NCBI GenBank assembly: GCA_002245135.1
Contig: NGBS01000011.1
Span: 62,001-126,000, forward strand
Length of the DNA: 64,000 nt
Direction: 5' to 3'
Source of the DNA: Proteromonas lacertae
Lineage: Eukaryota
Position numbers and translations under genes: made by a program
Notes under the pieces: model-generated
Databases searched by the model: none
What the model was told of the DNA's origin: nothing
What the model saw: only the letters and a program-made list of their open reading frames with translations
Shown here: piece by piece, positions 1-13,700 of the stretch
How positions within the stretch are numbered: the first letter of the stretch is position 1
Layout: every line of letters starts with the position of its first letter

Positions 1-409
1 TTCATTAAAGAAATTAATGATGAGTTTAATATCAGATCCACCTTCAGAAATTACAAATCTATTAAATGAATTTACACAATTAACAATGAGAGAAATCAAT
101 ATGAAATTGAATGAAATATTAAAGAATAGATGTTTATTGAAAGATAAATATGATGTAAATAAACTAAGATTCTATGTAAAAGTGAAGAATAGTAACTTTT
201 TAAATGATTTATTGATGAAGTTTAACAATAATGATATGAGATTAAGCTGTAATGAGAAATGTGAATGTTATGAAATAGAATTGAATGGTATTAAAAATAA
301 TAATGAAGAAGTGAAAGTTGTTATAAATGATATTAAAAAGATGAGTGGAGTTGTTGATGTTAGAGATAATAGAAGTATGTTGTTGAATTTTGTTGAAGAT
401 TTTTTGTAG
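1..409 (+). CDS. 3' part of a hypothetical protein (probably starts before the window)
   Basis: Frame is open from the window edge to TAG at 407-409; no recognisable motif. Confidence 0.6.
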   Translation, partial: SLKKLMMSLISDPPSEITNLLNEFTQLTMREINMKLNEILKNRCLLKDKYDVNKLRFYVKVKNSNFLNDLLMKFNNNDMRLSCNEKCECYEIELNGIKNNNEEVKVVINDIKKMSGVVDVRDNRSMLLNFVEDFL

Positions 410-554
410 ATTTATTATTAAATATTTATTTATTTAGTAAATGTTTTCATTGAATGGTAATTTAATTTGAATAGAAATACAAAAACAAAAATATTTAACA
501 AAAAGATTAAATTACTATAAATATATATATTTCTATAATTATTCCATCTATTTT

Positions 555-1833
555 CTAATTTCTAATCTCCTGTTCTGGATCTGGCTGTTCACTAGACATA
601 GTACAATTCAATAATTTTGAACTATCAGCATTACTACTTCTCTTTCTAGCAGGATTTAAAGGAGAATTAACAAATGAACAATTTGATAAATGACTATGAC
701 TTCTAGCAGCATTTGAACTCATCCCTTTGTTACACATATTCGTATAACTACTACCTATTTTCTTCAGTCTATGAATACTAGGATTACAAGCTGCACTCGA
801 GCTTAAAAATTGTATTTGCAGTTGATTTAATATCTCTACTAATCGTTTTTCTTGTTGATCTGTAGTTTCACAACAATATTCATAATAAAAAGGATTTGGA
901 TAATTATTAAATGATCTTTTTAAGACTGTACAACACGTCTCAGGAGGTAGCATACCATTATTATTACGTAAATATTCTACAATTTGTGGCATTTCTTTAA
1001 TTCTTCTATTTATGGTGCCCCAATAATTATCTAATGTGTGTTTGGAGAGTTGAAGTCGAAAAAGCGTTAAACTTTCAAATATTTCATTTACATCAGCTAA
1101 AAGATCGATAAAACGTGAAAATAACATATATCCTTTATTCTCCCTATTAAAATATATAAAAAATATATATATTAATTTTTATACTCAGCATATTGTTGAT
1201 AATAATCCATATAAAAATCACTTGCACTTAATCCCATAAAAACTAAATAATCTCTATACAAATCCATTGATATTTTATTTACATCAGTCATACCGAGAAA
1301 TGCAAATGAACACATTATTATCATATCTGTTGGAAGTAACATATGTGAAGAGACTAAAAATAAAAAAGAATGCCAGGATAGGTAATGCTCTTTGGTTTTG
1401 TAGGATGAATATATAGCTTTTCCATACCCGCTATCACAACTTATTTTTAAATATCTGAACCAATCGTCGATAGATACAGAGTAATTGTTGAAACTAAGTA
1501 AAAATAAAAAATAATAGTATACTATCTGCAACATCGAATATATATTTCCTGTAGTCTGCAAACTTCGTAAGTATTGTCTAAATATTATATTCATTAACCA
1601 TACAATAAAAACACTCACATACCCAAGCATCTTTCGCTGTTAGATGAAAAAGTAATCTATATGGCGTTTTATATAATGTTTTATATTGTTCAGTCAGTAT
1701 TGTAGAAGCATTTCTCTAGCCAATATAAAAATACACCTTATATACTATTTCCTGCTCTTGAGCTATTGACTCAACGACTAAATTGAGTACATAATATAAA
1801 TGTTATACTATCATGGCTATCACCCTCATCCAT
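555..1833 (-). CDS. Multi-exon hypothetical protein, distant member of the degenerate EF-hand family at 16.8-27.9 kb
   Basis: ORFs 555-1127 and 1172-1630 joined by short introns; likely start MDEGDSHD; VSIDDWFRYL...LSWHSFLFLV...KISMDLYRDYL parallels family motif spacing. Confidence 0.55.
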
Positions 1834-2234
1834 TGATTTAGTTAAAAAATGAAAATCAAAACGATTTTTTTCACAAACCAATTTTGACTTTTTTTGTTTT
1901 TAATGAAACAATTCATAATGACCTGAAACATGGTTTAGTATTTATATTTTATGTGTTTTATTAAGTCTCATACGTTTATATATTCAAGGTTAGGTGAAAT
2001 GACAAAATATTTCTATCAAGTTGATATTCCATTGTTTATATTCTATCAACATATTATAAATCTGAAAAGTGAGTGACAATTTATATGATGATTGAGTATT
2101 ACTCAGATTTTGCTGTTTATACCTTCATTTAAGGTATTATAAGGAATTTATGAATTATACAAAAAGTAATTATTTGGAATAAAATAAAATCTTTATAATA
2201 TATCTCAATTGTATAATATAGTTTTATAATTTTC

Positions 2235-3048
2235 TCATTTAATGTTCGAGAATTCTATGGATAACTCTATTCTTTCTTTTTCTCCTATTCCATCAAGGTT
2301 TATTATATCAATTGAAGAAAATGTTTTTAAGAATGATTTCAATTCTGATTTGTCAATATTTTCTTTAACAGATATTGATAATTCATCTAAACATTCAAAT
2401 ACTTCCTTGTTTTCTATCATTAATCTCAGTTCTTCTTCATTTAATTGATTTCCTGATAGATTTATCTTCATTAATGGTTTGTATTGTCTTAATCTTTTTA
2501 TCAACATTTTCAAACCATTTTCACTCATTCCAATATCTATTTATAAAATAAATAATAGTATTCGATGATATACTTAATAGATTCAATAATATTTGATCAT
2601 GAAAAATATCTATAAATATAAATTTAGTTAAGAATTGGCATATAGTCTTTATTCCTTCATCTAATATAGTTATTAAATATTGAAATATGGTTTATACTCC
2701 CTGATATATTATATCACCTGAGAAGGATTGACTTTGAATTATCTCCTCTAAATCTCTCATATAATAATATCTTTCAATTATCATCATATTACACCCGATC
2801 ACATGTAAATGAGATGGATTAGTAAAAAATGAATTACATTTAATCGACAAGGACTGCTTTTCTGAGAATTTTAGGGTAGCTTTCCCATTTATTCCATCAA
2901 TATTTATGATTTTCATCATTTTATAATCAGTTTCATGTTGTACAACCAAATCCACTTCATAATTGCCCTTTTCTACTCTTCTTTTGATCTATAATAATAT
3001 TGTTAATAAATACTTCCGTATTACATGGTAATATTGAGCGTAATACAT
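2235..3048 (-). CDS. Multi-exon protein with a C-terminal RNI-like leucine-rich repeat
   Basis: LMKINLSGNQLNEEEL LRR motif; exons 2235-2528 and 2692-2955 with short introns. Confidence 0.55.
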
Positions 3049-3250
3049 TATCTACAAATGATTTTTAGCAAAACATATTTCAAACCTGTTTGATATTTTA
3101 AAATATATAGTCGTTTTAAGAGTCAGTTATTTTTTTCTAAAATATGATCGTATAGTTATAAAAAGGATAAATGTTTGTTATTGTACAAATTAATGACAAA
3201 TTAAAAGAAAAACCATAAAAAAATATATTTATAATAAGATTTTTGATTCA

Positions 3251-4750
3251 TCACTCTTCCTGTGATTTATCTTTCTGTTGTTTTTCTAGAATTGACGATG
3301 ATTGAAAGAAGGGGTATTGTTTTGGTTTGTAGTATTTTTTTACTATTGACTTTTTTATTTTTAATGTTTTTGATGAACAATCTTTTGATTCTAATTCTTT
3401 GTTGATGTACTCTTTTCCATAATATTCGAGTCTTCTCATTTTCTCTTCATCATCTATATATTGATTCAATATATTTACTGTTACGTAATTTAAACTACAT
3501 TTATTATGTATTTCCCATAACATAGGCAATCCATAAGCTGTTTTTATGGTATTCATATTTTCTATATTATGAAGTGATTTACCTATTAATCTCATCACCT
3601 CGCAATCGGGTTTGGCTTTATATTTCTCACATAATTTCAATAATAATTCATTTCTTATTTTATTAACTATTTCAGGATAATTACTATAATATACAATTAT
3701 TACATTTATCAAAATTATTCATTATATAAATTCCTATTTCCTTCATCTTATAATCCTCAATATCAAGCAATGAATTAATAAGATTGTTCATCTTTTCTTC
3801 ATTCAATTCTGATATTAATGATATATCTTCTTCTTTTATAATAACCTCATTTTCATCATAATAATATTTCATAACTACATTCTGAATATTTTCATCTTCT
3901 ACATTATATAAATCAATATATTTTATTGATTCATTATTATGCAAATCTATATCTAGAGATTTATAAACTCTTTGAAAATCATCATTTAAATCATCTATCT
4001 TCACTTTGTCATTATGAAAATGATTATTAATTAAACATTGAAACGAATTTGACATTTCAGAATCATAATTTTTCTCATTTATTCTATATGAATACCACTT
4101 TAATAATCTACTCAATAACCATGTCTCATTTCTTATTACCAAATTTGAAAATGATAAAATATCCTCTAAATTATTTTGCTCTAATTGTAATAGCCATTTA
4201 TCTATAATATATATATATATATATTACAAATATGTTGTATATACCATTATACATGTATTTGTATCCTCTCTTTTCAAATTCACTTATTTTAAACTCAGTT
4301 AGTTCTGATAAAACATAAGGAAAAACGTTCATTATATGAATTAAACTAACTAACAAATTATCATCTACATTTTCTTTAATAAATTCTTCGCATTTCTTCT
4401 CTATTACCTCTTCATTGTAACATATACAAAACATTAAAACATCACATACATTTGACTTAGTCAATTCAATTTCACCTCCACTGTAGTACTTTTCTAATTC
4501 AAAAAATCCCATTTTATTACATTCTTCAAACAATACCAACTCATTCCCCAATTTTTCATCTTCTAATAACTTTCTTAATACATTATTGCCGGTCATTAGT
4601 ATTGACTTAACAGAATGTATTTCATCATTGTTAATTCTCACTTTGACATCACCAAAACCATTCTCAACTAACTTTCTACCCAGACTAATATTAATAAAAT
4701 AAAAATGATTGATACCCACATTCTCTTAACTGATTGTTTGTTATCTTCAT
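3251..4750 (-). CDS. BTB/POZ-BACK-like domain protein
   Basis: GFGDVKVRINNDEIHSVKSIL...YYSGGEIELTKSNVCDVLMFCICYNEEVIEKKCEEFI; paralog of 41515-43576; the junction near 3690 is not cleanly resolved. Confidence 0.75.
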
Positions 4751-4796
4751 AATAGAGGAGATAATTTAAAAACAAGTTTCTGAACTTTAATAAAAA

Positions 4797-7700
4797 ATGA
4801 TTCGTTTCATTTTGAAAAGAAGATTTATGAATATCATAATCCCCATCATTTTTTTGATCAAATTATTATATGCAGATGAATCTATAGTGTATAATGGTGT
4901 ATATGTATGTAAAAACACTCTTCAAGATAGTCAATTAAGCCATTTCTTGTCGTCGATAGTCAATGACTCATTCATTTTTCAAAACACTACATTTTATATT
5001 AAGGATATAAGTTGTCAGAACAGATGTAATGAAATGGCTCACACATTAGAAAGTTTAACTATAGAAGAAGGGGTAGATTATAATCCATATGTAATAGGAT
5101 ATTGGAATAATGTAACATTTCTATCATGTTTAAGTCCAACATTAAAGTTTTTAGGTTTGCATTTGTTTAATTTATGTCCTTTAACAAGCATTTGTGAATA
5201 TAACATATACACATCATATCATCCACAGAATCTTATACTTAATTTAATAAATATCGTAGTAGATTACCCTCCCTTGTCACTAATTTATAATAATTTAACT
5301 AATTTAAATCCCCTTCTGTATATTAGCAAGAATTTTTTCGCAGATTTGTTATTAAGAGAAAATATTCATATAATTAACAATGTAAATGATTATTCTGTAC
5401 TACGGCAGAATAGTAACATTAATCAATCAAACGGAATTATTTACATATTAAATGAAGAAAATTATGGGTTAAATGATTTTATTGAGTTTATTATATCACT
5501 TGAATCAGAGCCTGTAGTGTTTTTAGCTGGATATTTTAATAGTAATTTAAAGAATAATTTAAACAAATTCAATAAGTTTTACATTATTTCTCCTTATTTT
5601 TCATTTATAAATGAAGAAATAAATGATGAAATGAAAGTGGTAATACAAAATGTAAATCCAACATTTGAAGTAGCCACATTGTATATATATATTAATATAT
5701 GTTAATAGTTTTACATATTTATTGTATATTAATATGATAAATAATCAATCATCATCATCATTTTTCCCTCTGTATTATATTGACTTAACAATTGGAAAAT
5801 CATTCCAATCTCCATTTGGTGAAATTTATATGGATAAAGATCATTTCTTTGTATTACCAACATTCATATCCAATTCTTCATTTGAAATCATAAACAAAGA
5901 AATTATACCTTTAAAGTCTTCATATTCATATTTATATAATGTAAGTGAAATGATAAATTACTCAAATCGATTATTAATATGTAATTTTAAGCAGTATAAT
6001 CCAATCAATTATCGGAAAATGAAATATATAATAATTGTAAGTGATAATGAAGATGAGAAAATATTATTTCAAATGTTTTATGCAATTGTTTTAGTTGATA
6101 ATATAGATGAAAGCGATATGTCAGTATTATTCTACAGAAGTGTTAAAAATATTCCATATTATTTATATTCAGAAACATATGTTGGATGTATTATATCATA
6201 CTTGAATTATGAAAATAGAAATAAAATTGCATTATTAAATCATGCTGCTGTATGTTTATTTAATGTAAATACATTTGAAGGCTCTGCTTGTTCACCATTC
6301 ATTGTAAATGTATAATGAATTATTTTATTTTATTAATGTTTTTATAAATAGGTTGGTAAAAGTATAAATACTCTAGTTTCTCATTTTATTTCAATAATTG
6401 AAAAAAGAATATTAAATGATGAAGAATACTCTATAATTGGTTTAAAGAGTGATAATGACACTATGTCTGAATTAATGGATTTTAATTTTGGTTCAATTAT
6501 AATCAATAATGGATATAAATATAGCAATTGCTCTTATAATGATGAATTTACTGTTACATATTTCAATTCATCAACAATTATAGTTTCATTTATGTCAAAA
6601 GAAGACAATATTCAATTTATTAACAATTTTGGTCCATTTACTCAATACGAATGGAGTTTATACATTTTAGAATGGGAATTAAAAGATTCTATAAACAATC
6701 CAAAGTCAGAAGGGATTTTTACACTTTCAGAGTATTTTCAATATGAAAATGGAATATTTAACGATTTCTCTTTGAACAATATAAATGTAGAATATATTAC
6801 CACTGCATTTGTGTGTTCTAGGATAATCTTTCATGAATATGTATAGATATATATATACATTATTATTATTATTATATTTATAATTAGATTGAAATTCATA
6901 ATCAGGGAAGTATTGATAGTTACAAATTTAAGAATGATATAGTCAAAGATATATATTCTAATCAATATACAAAATCAAATGTTGTGAGAGTGGAAAATGG
7001 TAAATTTTTATTATATTCAAATTCTATTTCTTCAAGAATTATGTCTTATTACAACGTGAAAGACAATAAAATGACATTGTGTGGTTGGAAAAGTGAATCA
7101 ATTGATTATGATTCAGTTCATTTAATTGGTTTTTTATATGATATTTGTAGAAAAGAATATATTGATTATATTGATTATTTAAACTCATTAATATGGGTAT
7201 TAAATTCTGAATATGATGGAATAAAGTATATATTGTTATTGCCTTATTAATTTATAGTAATATTCCAGTTCTTATTCATATTATTTCATTTGTTTCATCC
7301 GATTGTAAAAGTAGTCGTTACAGATCATCAAGCAGAAAGTTTGTCTTAAATGATATGGAAAATTTATTAATGATTATAACACCATATTATCCCAATTTAG
7401 TAGATTTTATAAAATTAAATGCTAACAATGTAATTATCAGTTTGATTAATGAAAATAGTGGAGATTTATGTCTATCAAACATGTTTGTGTATGGAATTAC
7501 TCCATATCAACAAATATATCCGTTTTTCTATTATATTTTATTTAAAATAAGATATATTATCTTCTATGGAAATAGTGATAATCATCTAAGTTATATTCAT
7601 AAAGAATTAATAAGTAGTTATTGTGTAGCTTATATGATGAAATGCATATTTTTTGAAGCAATTGATAATAATGAAGATATAACGACAAACCCAGTTGTTA

Positions 7701-10700
7701 ATTACATTGAAGATTATGAAAATGAGATTACAGATTCAAATTTGTTTATTATTACTTCGTTTTCAATGTTTAGTGATGATAATATTTCTCATTTTTATAC
7801 TCAAATGAATGATTATTCACAGATTAATAATTATACTTTGAATTTTTTCGATTTATTGATGAATAGAAGAAAGTTTGTTAAAAACAGCTTGTATTCATTA
7901 AAGAATATAGATATACATTATGTTGAATCAATTTCAGCAGCTGAATACTATAATATGCTAAATTCATATATATCATTTAATTTAGATGAAATTATTCCTA
8001 TTGTTTATAATATATGGAATGCTTTAAGTAATTTTAAAGAAGCCTACGAATATACTATGTCAAATGATTTCCCTCTGTTATGGACAAAGTTAAGAAGCAT
8101 TATTTCTGATTATAATCACATAAACAATAAAATTAACTTCTTAGCTGATAATTATGTATATCAGAAGGTAAGAATTGTGAAAATGAATCGTATTACTAAT
8201 GAATATGATATTGTATTTTATTTAACTACACCAATCTTTAATGAAATATCAAATAATCTGATTTTTAATATCAATAAAGATTGTCATTCAATTTGTGAAA
8301 TTTACAGTCAATATGAAGCAAAATTGACCAATAAGAAAGGAGTATCAGTTTTGCTTGTCTCGACTATGAATGAAAATAATTATAATAAATCGATATATAG
8401 TCGAATTTCTCAATTGTTAAGTATAAATGAAATAGAAGTAACAACAAATAAATATTTAATTCCTTTCTATTATAATGCTATGAATACTTCAGATACTGAA
8501 ATAAATAATATTATCTCATTCATGAAGTCATTAAAAGTGAATTATAATATTACAATAAAACATATTTTTGGTGTATTTTCTGATTCAATTTATGAAGAAA
8601 ATGTGTTGAAGCATAATAGAGATGTTTTGTTTTGGTCTCCAATATTACATTCAGGTTTAGATTATAGTAAAAATATGTATATTTATATTATACTATCTTT
8701 CTTTTATAGAATCAATTGTGGCTTTTCATTTAGACAAATCATTCAAGAACCACTTTCCTATTTAATGAAATATTCGACCAAAATAGTGATTATATATTCA
8801 AATTATGAAATTGAAAAATTATTCATAGAAATGTTGCAACTATATATAAAAGTATTTGATAATGACAGTAAACAGGAAATATTAGCCAAAATTGCTCTAA
8901 AGAATGAAGAATTTGAAGAATTAGATAATATATTAATAGATTTTTATTACAAATATCCAAATGATAAAATAATTATATTGAATCTACTACAAGATCCACA
9001 ATCATCTCATTTTTTCCAATATTTTACATCACATCATTTAATTGAAGATTTTATAAACAAATTTCTAATTTTATCATTCGGTTCTACTCCATTATTTGAT
9101 TCTAACTTGTTTATTGGTCAATATGATGTAGTACAAATGTCAATGGAAGAAATAATAAAAGCAAATCCATACTTTTACAGTTTAAAAGAAGAGTTAATGA
9201 CAATTTTACCATTTTATTACTCAAATAATATGAGAATTTTTTGGAACACTTACATCTCATTAATACTATTTTCAGAATTACTGAATTTGCCTGATATTAA
9301 TAATATTTCTTCAGTATTAAACGAATTACCAGGAAAATATATTTATTTTGATAAATTTATTGGAAATGTAAAAATGAATGAATATTCAATGATAATGAGA
9401 TCTTTCAGATTGATGAAATATCACGATCCAAAATTGGCATATAGTTCAGAAGTTGTTTCATTTATTAATTATACTTCATCACCTATACTTATAGATTATG
9501 TGAAAGATAATTCAAAAATTGTGTATATGGGAGTATATATCAAGAATAGTAGTATATATAAACTTTGATTATTTTTATACTTGTAATAGATGCTGAATAT
9601 GATCCTTCTATTATATCAGCAGTATTGGATGCTTTTTCTTCAATTTTATATTTCTTTAATGATTTTGATATTACATTAATTCCAATAGTGTTTAAGACAA
9701 AAGATGAAATATTTAATAATAGTAATAGAAATATCAAACATACACTGTTTTCATCAACATATCTTTTTTTTTTTGTTTCAATACATAACTATTATTGTTT
9801 TTCTTAATTAATTGTACTAGAAAAGAAAATGATTGGCTAGTTAATAAACTTGTAAATGATTATAACAATACAAATAGAATTTTCCATGTTTTTAATGAAG
9901 AAAGTATGTTATGTTTAAAGAATGTGTTTTATTATTCACCAACTCATTATTTAGTAGCAAATGTTGCATCTGCATATCTCCATAGTGTTATCATGACTAA
10001 TATCTATCTATTATACTATGAAACAAATGAAATGTATTTAGATACGATTGTTGAAATATTCTATTTGTATGGTTTGAATCTAGTTGGTGTATCAAAAATA
10101 CCAATGAATAAAGAAAATTATAACTGTACAATTCAGTCAATATTTTTTAAGTTTAACTCAGGTGGATTATTCTATTGTTTAGGTTCAGATGATATTATTC
10201 CATTCCTTAATTCACTAATTCTATCAATTCAATTTGATTATCAATATTCATTTTATTTACAAGGATTGAATTTAGAAAGTATAACTGAAGAAATTACATC
10301 TAAAAGTAAATATAAATTGAATGTATTTTTTCATCATGTAACACCTCATTTGTATTATTTCGATCAAATTATACTAATCAAAACAGTAAATGAAGTATTT
10401 GTTTCGCAGATTTTATTCTTTATTCTAACAGTATTTAAGAATATACCAAACAGTATTGATGATACAGGTGTATTTTTAAACAAATACTATAATATATATT
10501 CTAATAAAACAATCAATATTTATTATCATAATATTCATATTAAAATGAGCAGAGGCCATTATTTATATCAACAATTATATTTATATAAAATGTGTTTAAA
10601 TGGTAAAAATGAGAATAAAATCTCTGCCATATTAAAGAATCCTGATTCATTTTTAATTAACAATCCCAATATGTACAACTATAAACCAATGTGTGATTTT

Positions 10701-13700
10701 CCAGCGTATAATGATAGAGAAACATATAATATAGCATTATCCTTTTCAATTACAGGAACTGATAGAGAAAGAGATATTAACATGTTTTTAGTTGCATATA
10801 GAACATTGGTATATTTAAACGAACTTTTCGATGTTGTAATAGATGGAGTAATAAATAAAATATATTATGTTATTTATGATTTGAAATCTGATGAAAAATA
10901 CTGTGAAGAAGTATTAAAGAAGATAGTTAGTAAGAATATCACGTATATTTTTGGTTTTGCTCATTACTGTTTTCAGTACTTAGTATATTATCCAAATCTA
11001 GTAGTTTACTATCCAAAATTACTTCCAGAATTTAGATATAATAATTATTTACCTCCCAACGTAATTAGTTTTGGTGGAAAAATAAAACAGTTATTATATC
11101 CATTTCCCTATTTCACAACACAGTTTCATAGTTTCAATTTTGTGATTGTTTATACAAATTCTACGATGATGTCTAAATATATTCCATCGATTGAAAAATA
11201 TCTAAGTATTTATTCATTTGATATTTATACAGTATGTGTTAATGAGAGTAATATATTTATGAATGATTATATTAATAAAATATTACAAAGAATCTATTTG
11301 AATGAAACAAAATTATACTCAATATTATTATATATGTCATTCACTCAAACAAAATTGTTTTTAAATTCATTTAATCAGTATTATGATAAATATAAAAACC
11401 ATATAAAAATATATCTTATTAATTCAGGTGATAAATATTTGACAATTATTAAACCAAAGTATAAATGCTATTCAATTTCATTTTATTTTTCAAATGTTGA
11501 TAGTCAAGCAAATGAAATATATAATGCAATTGTTAATATAATTACTCCAGAATCTTCTTCCTATGGTTATTCAGTTGCTTCATTTGATTCAATATTCTCC
11601 TTTGTTTTAGTAGTAAGGAAAATTCATTCATTTGATCCACAAAAGGTATTTCAATTCTATAAAGATAATCGTGAAAATACCTTTTCATTTACATCTGGAA
11701 AGGAAAGTTTAAACGAGTATAATTTCTTAACAAAACATTCATATATTGGTGCTTATTATCCTGAAGAAGATAAATTTAAAATTGAATTTGACACAAATAT
11801 AATGATCAATTATTATCCAGTAAAATATGATTATGATAATCAGATGGTTGAAATTAGATATGAATCAACAACAAATGAAAATGTTACTGAAGTTCGTTAT
11901 AGAAGAATGTTTACAATTCTTTTTTTATGCGATTGTAAAAGTAATATGTATTGTAATAATTTATATGAATTATTAAAAACAGGAATGTTTATCTACAATA
12001 ATGATAGAGAAAGTGATAATAAATATTGTATGTTTTTGAAAAAGGTAATGAGTGAAGAAAACGAGGAATCTATTCTATTGATTAAAGATCATTTAAGCAA
12101 AGGATATTTAACTGCTTTATTCATATCTGCAAGTGAAGAATATCTAAAGAGATTAGCAGAATATTCAATAATAGGTTCAAACGTTAATATAAATCCTAAT
12201 TTCTTTGTATTCTTTTTAACTCCAGAACTAAAAGCTTCAATGGAAGGTATTTCATATAAAAATGTAGTTTATGCAAGTGGTAATGTATTTACTTTTTTAA
12301 GACACACAATAACTCATGTAATATTGGAATCAATCAAATTCAATGATAAGATTTCAATAATCTATTTTAATTCATCATTTTATAATTATTGTTCCACAGA
12401 AATAGAAAAGATGTTTAGTTTATATTATCCATTAACAATGGTATATAAATTAGATATAATGAAAATTATAAATAGAGAATATAATGAAATGAATATTCAA
12501 GATGTAAAAGTGATATTAACAGTTATACCTATGGATATGGAGAGATTAATTCGTAGTTTAAATTACTATAATGTTTCAAGATCAATACCTATTATAGCTT
12601 TATATTATCAATACGAAATAATGAAAAAAGAACCGAAAATATTTTATATAAGAACTTATACTAAAGATATAAATAAGAATTGGAATAAGGAATTGAAATA
12701 TATTTTTAATACTTCAATGTTGGTGTCAGATGGAATTGATGTAGATGTTACAATGATTGACATTTGGGCAACTTTATATCGTTCATTTTACATATTAAAA
12801 TCACATTTGAATAATAGTAGAAGTAGTTTAGTTTCATTAGATAAAAGTAATATATTTACACCAACAATTACATATAATGATAATAAAAATAATGAAAAAG
12901 TAAATTATTTAAATCAAGATTATTATTTATTTTTTTATCATGAATTGAATGATGAAAATGTTATTCAATCATATGGTTTTGATATACCACAAGATTTATA
13001 TATCGATGATGCTTCAATGATGTGTGGTTGGGTATGCAATAATGAATATTTTAATCATTTAAATAATTTTGATAATTATATTTCATCAATAAAAGTTGGA
13101 ATTTTGTATAATCCATATAATCCAGATTTAGTTCAATATTCCAGTTTTTTACTACATACTATTTTATACGATATATTAATATCAGATTCGGTGAATGGAT
13201 ATAAAATCCAACCATACATTTGTAGTAACCCAAATTATGTTGAATGTGATGAAATACTAGAATATTATGAAAAGAAGAATATTAATTTCATTTTCGGTGG
13301 ATTTTTTAGTGTATGTTTAACAAAAATGTTAGAATATTTTTCCAAAAATGAAGAATCAAAATTGTTAGTGTTTTATACTGGTGAAATAGATGATTATTAT
13401 TGTGATAGACATATTATTCAAATGGGTCCAACTCCATCTCAAATTATCAACTTGTTATTATTGACAGAATATAATGCTGATATACCATTTAGTATAGTTA
13501 CTTCTTCCAAGAATCAATATCCAAGAAAAGTAGCTAATTATTTTGAAGATACATTTCTTCGTTTAGGATTTGAAGTTGAAGTAATTGATATTGATCAATT
13601 AAATGATGAGATTTCATTTAGTTTTGTTAATCCGATAATTGTTGTTGCTTTAAATAGGGATGAACAGTTGGAATCATTTCATTCACTTATTAAACGTAGG

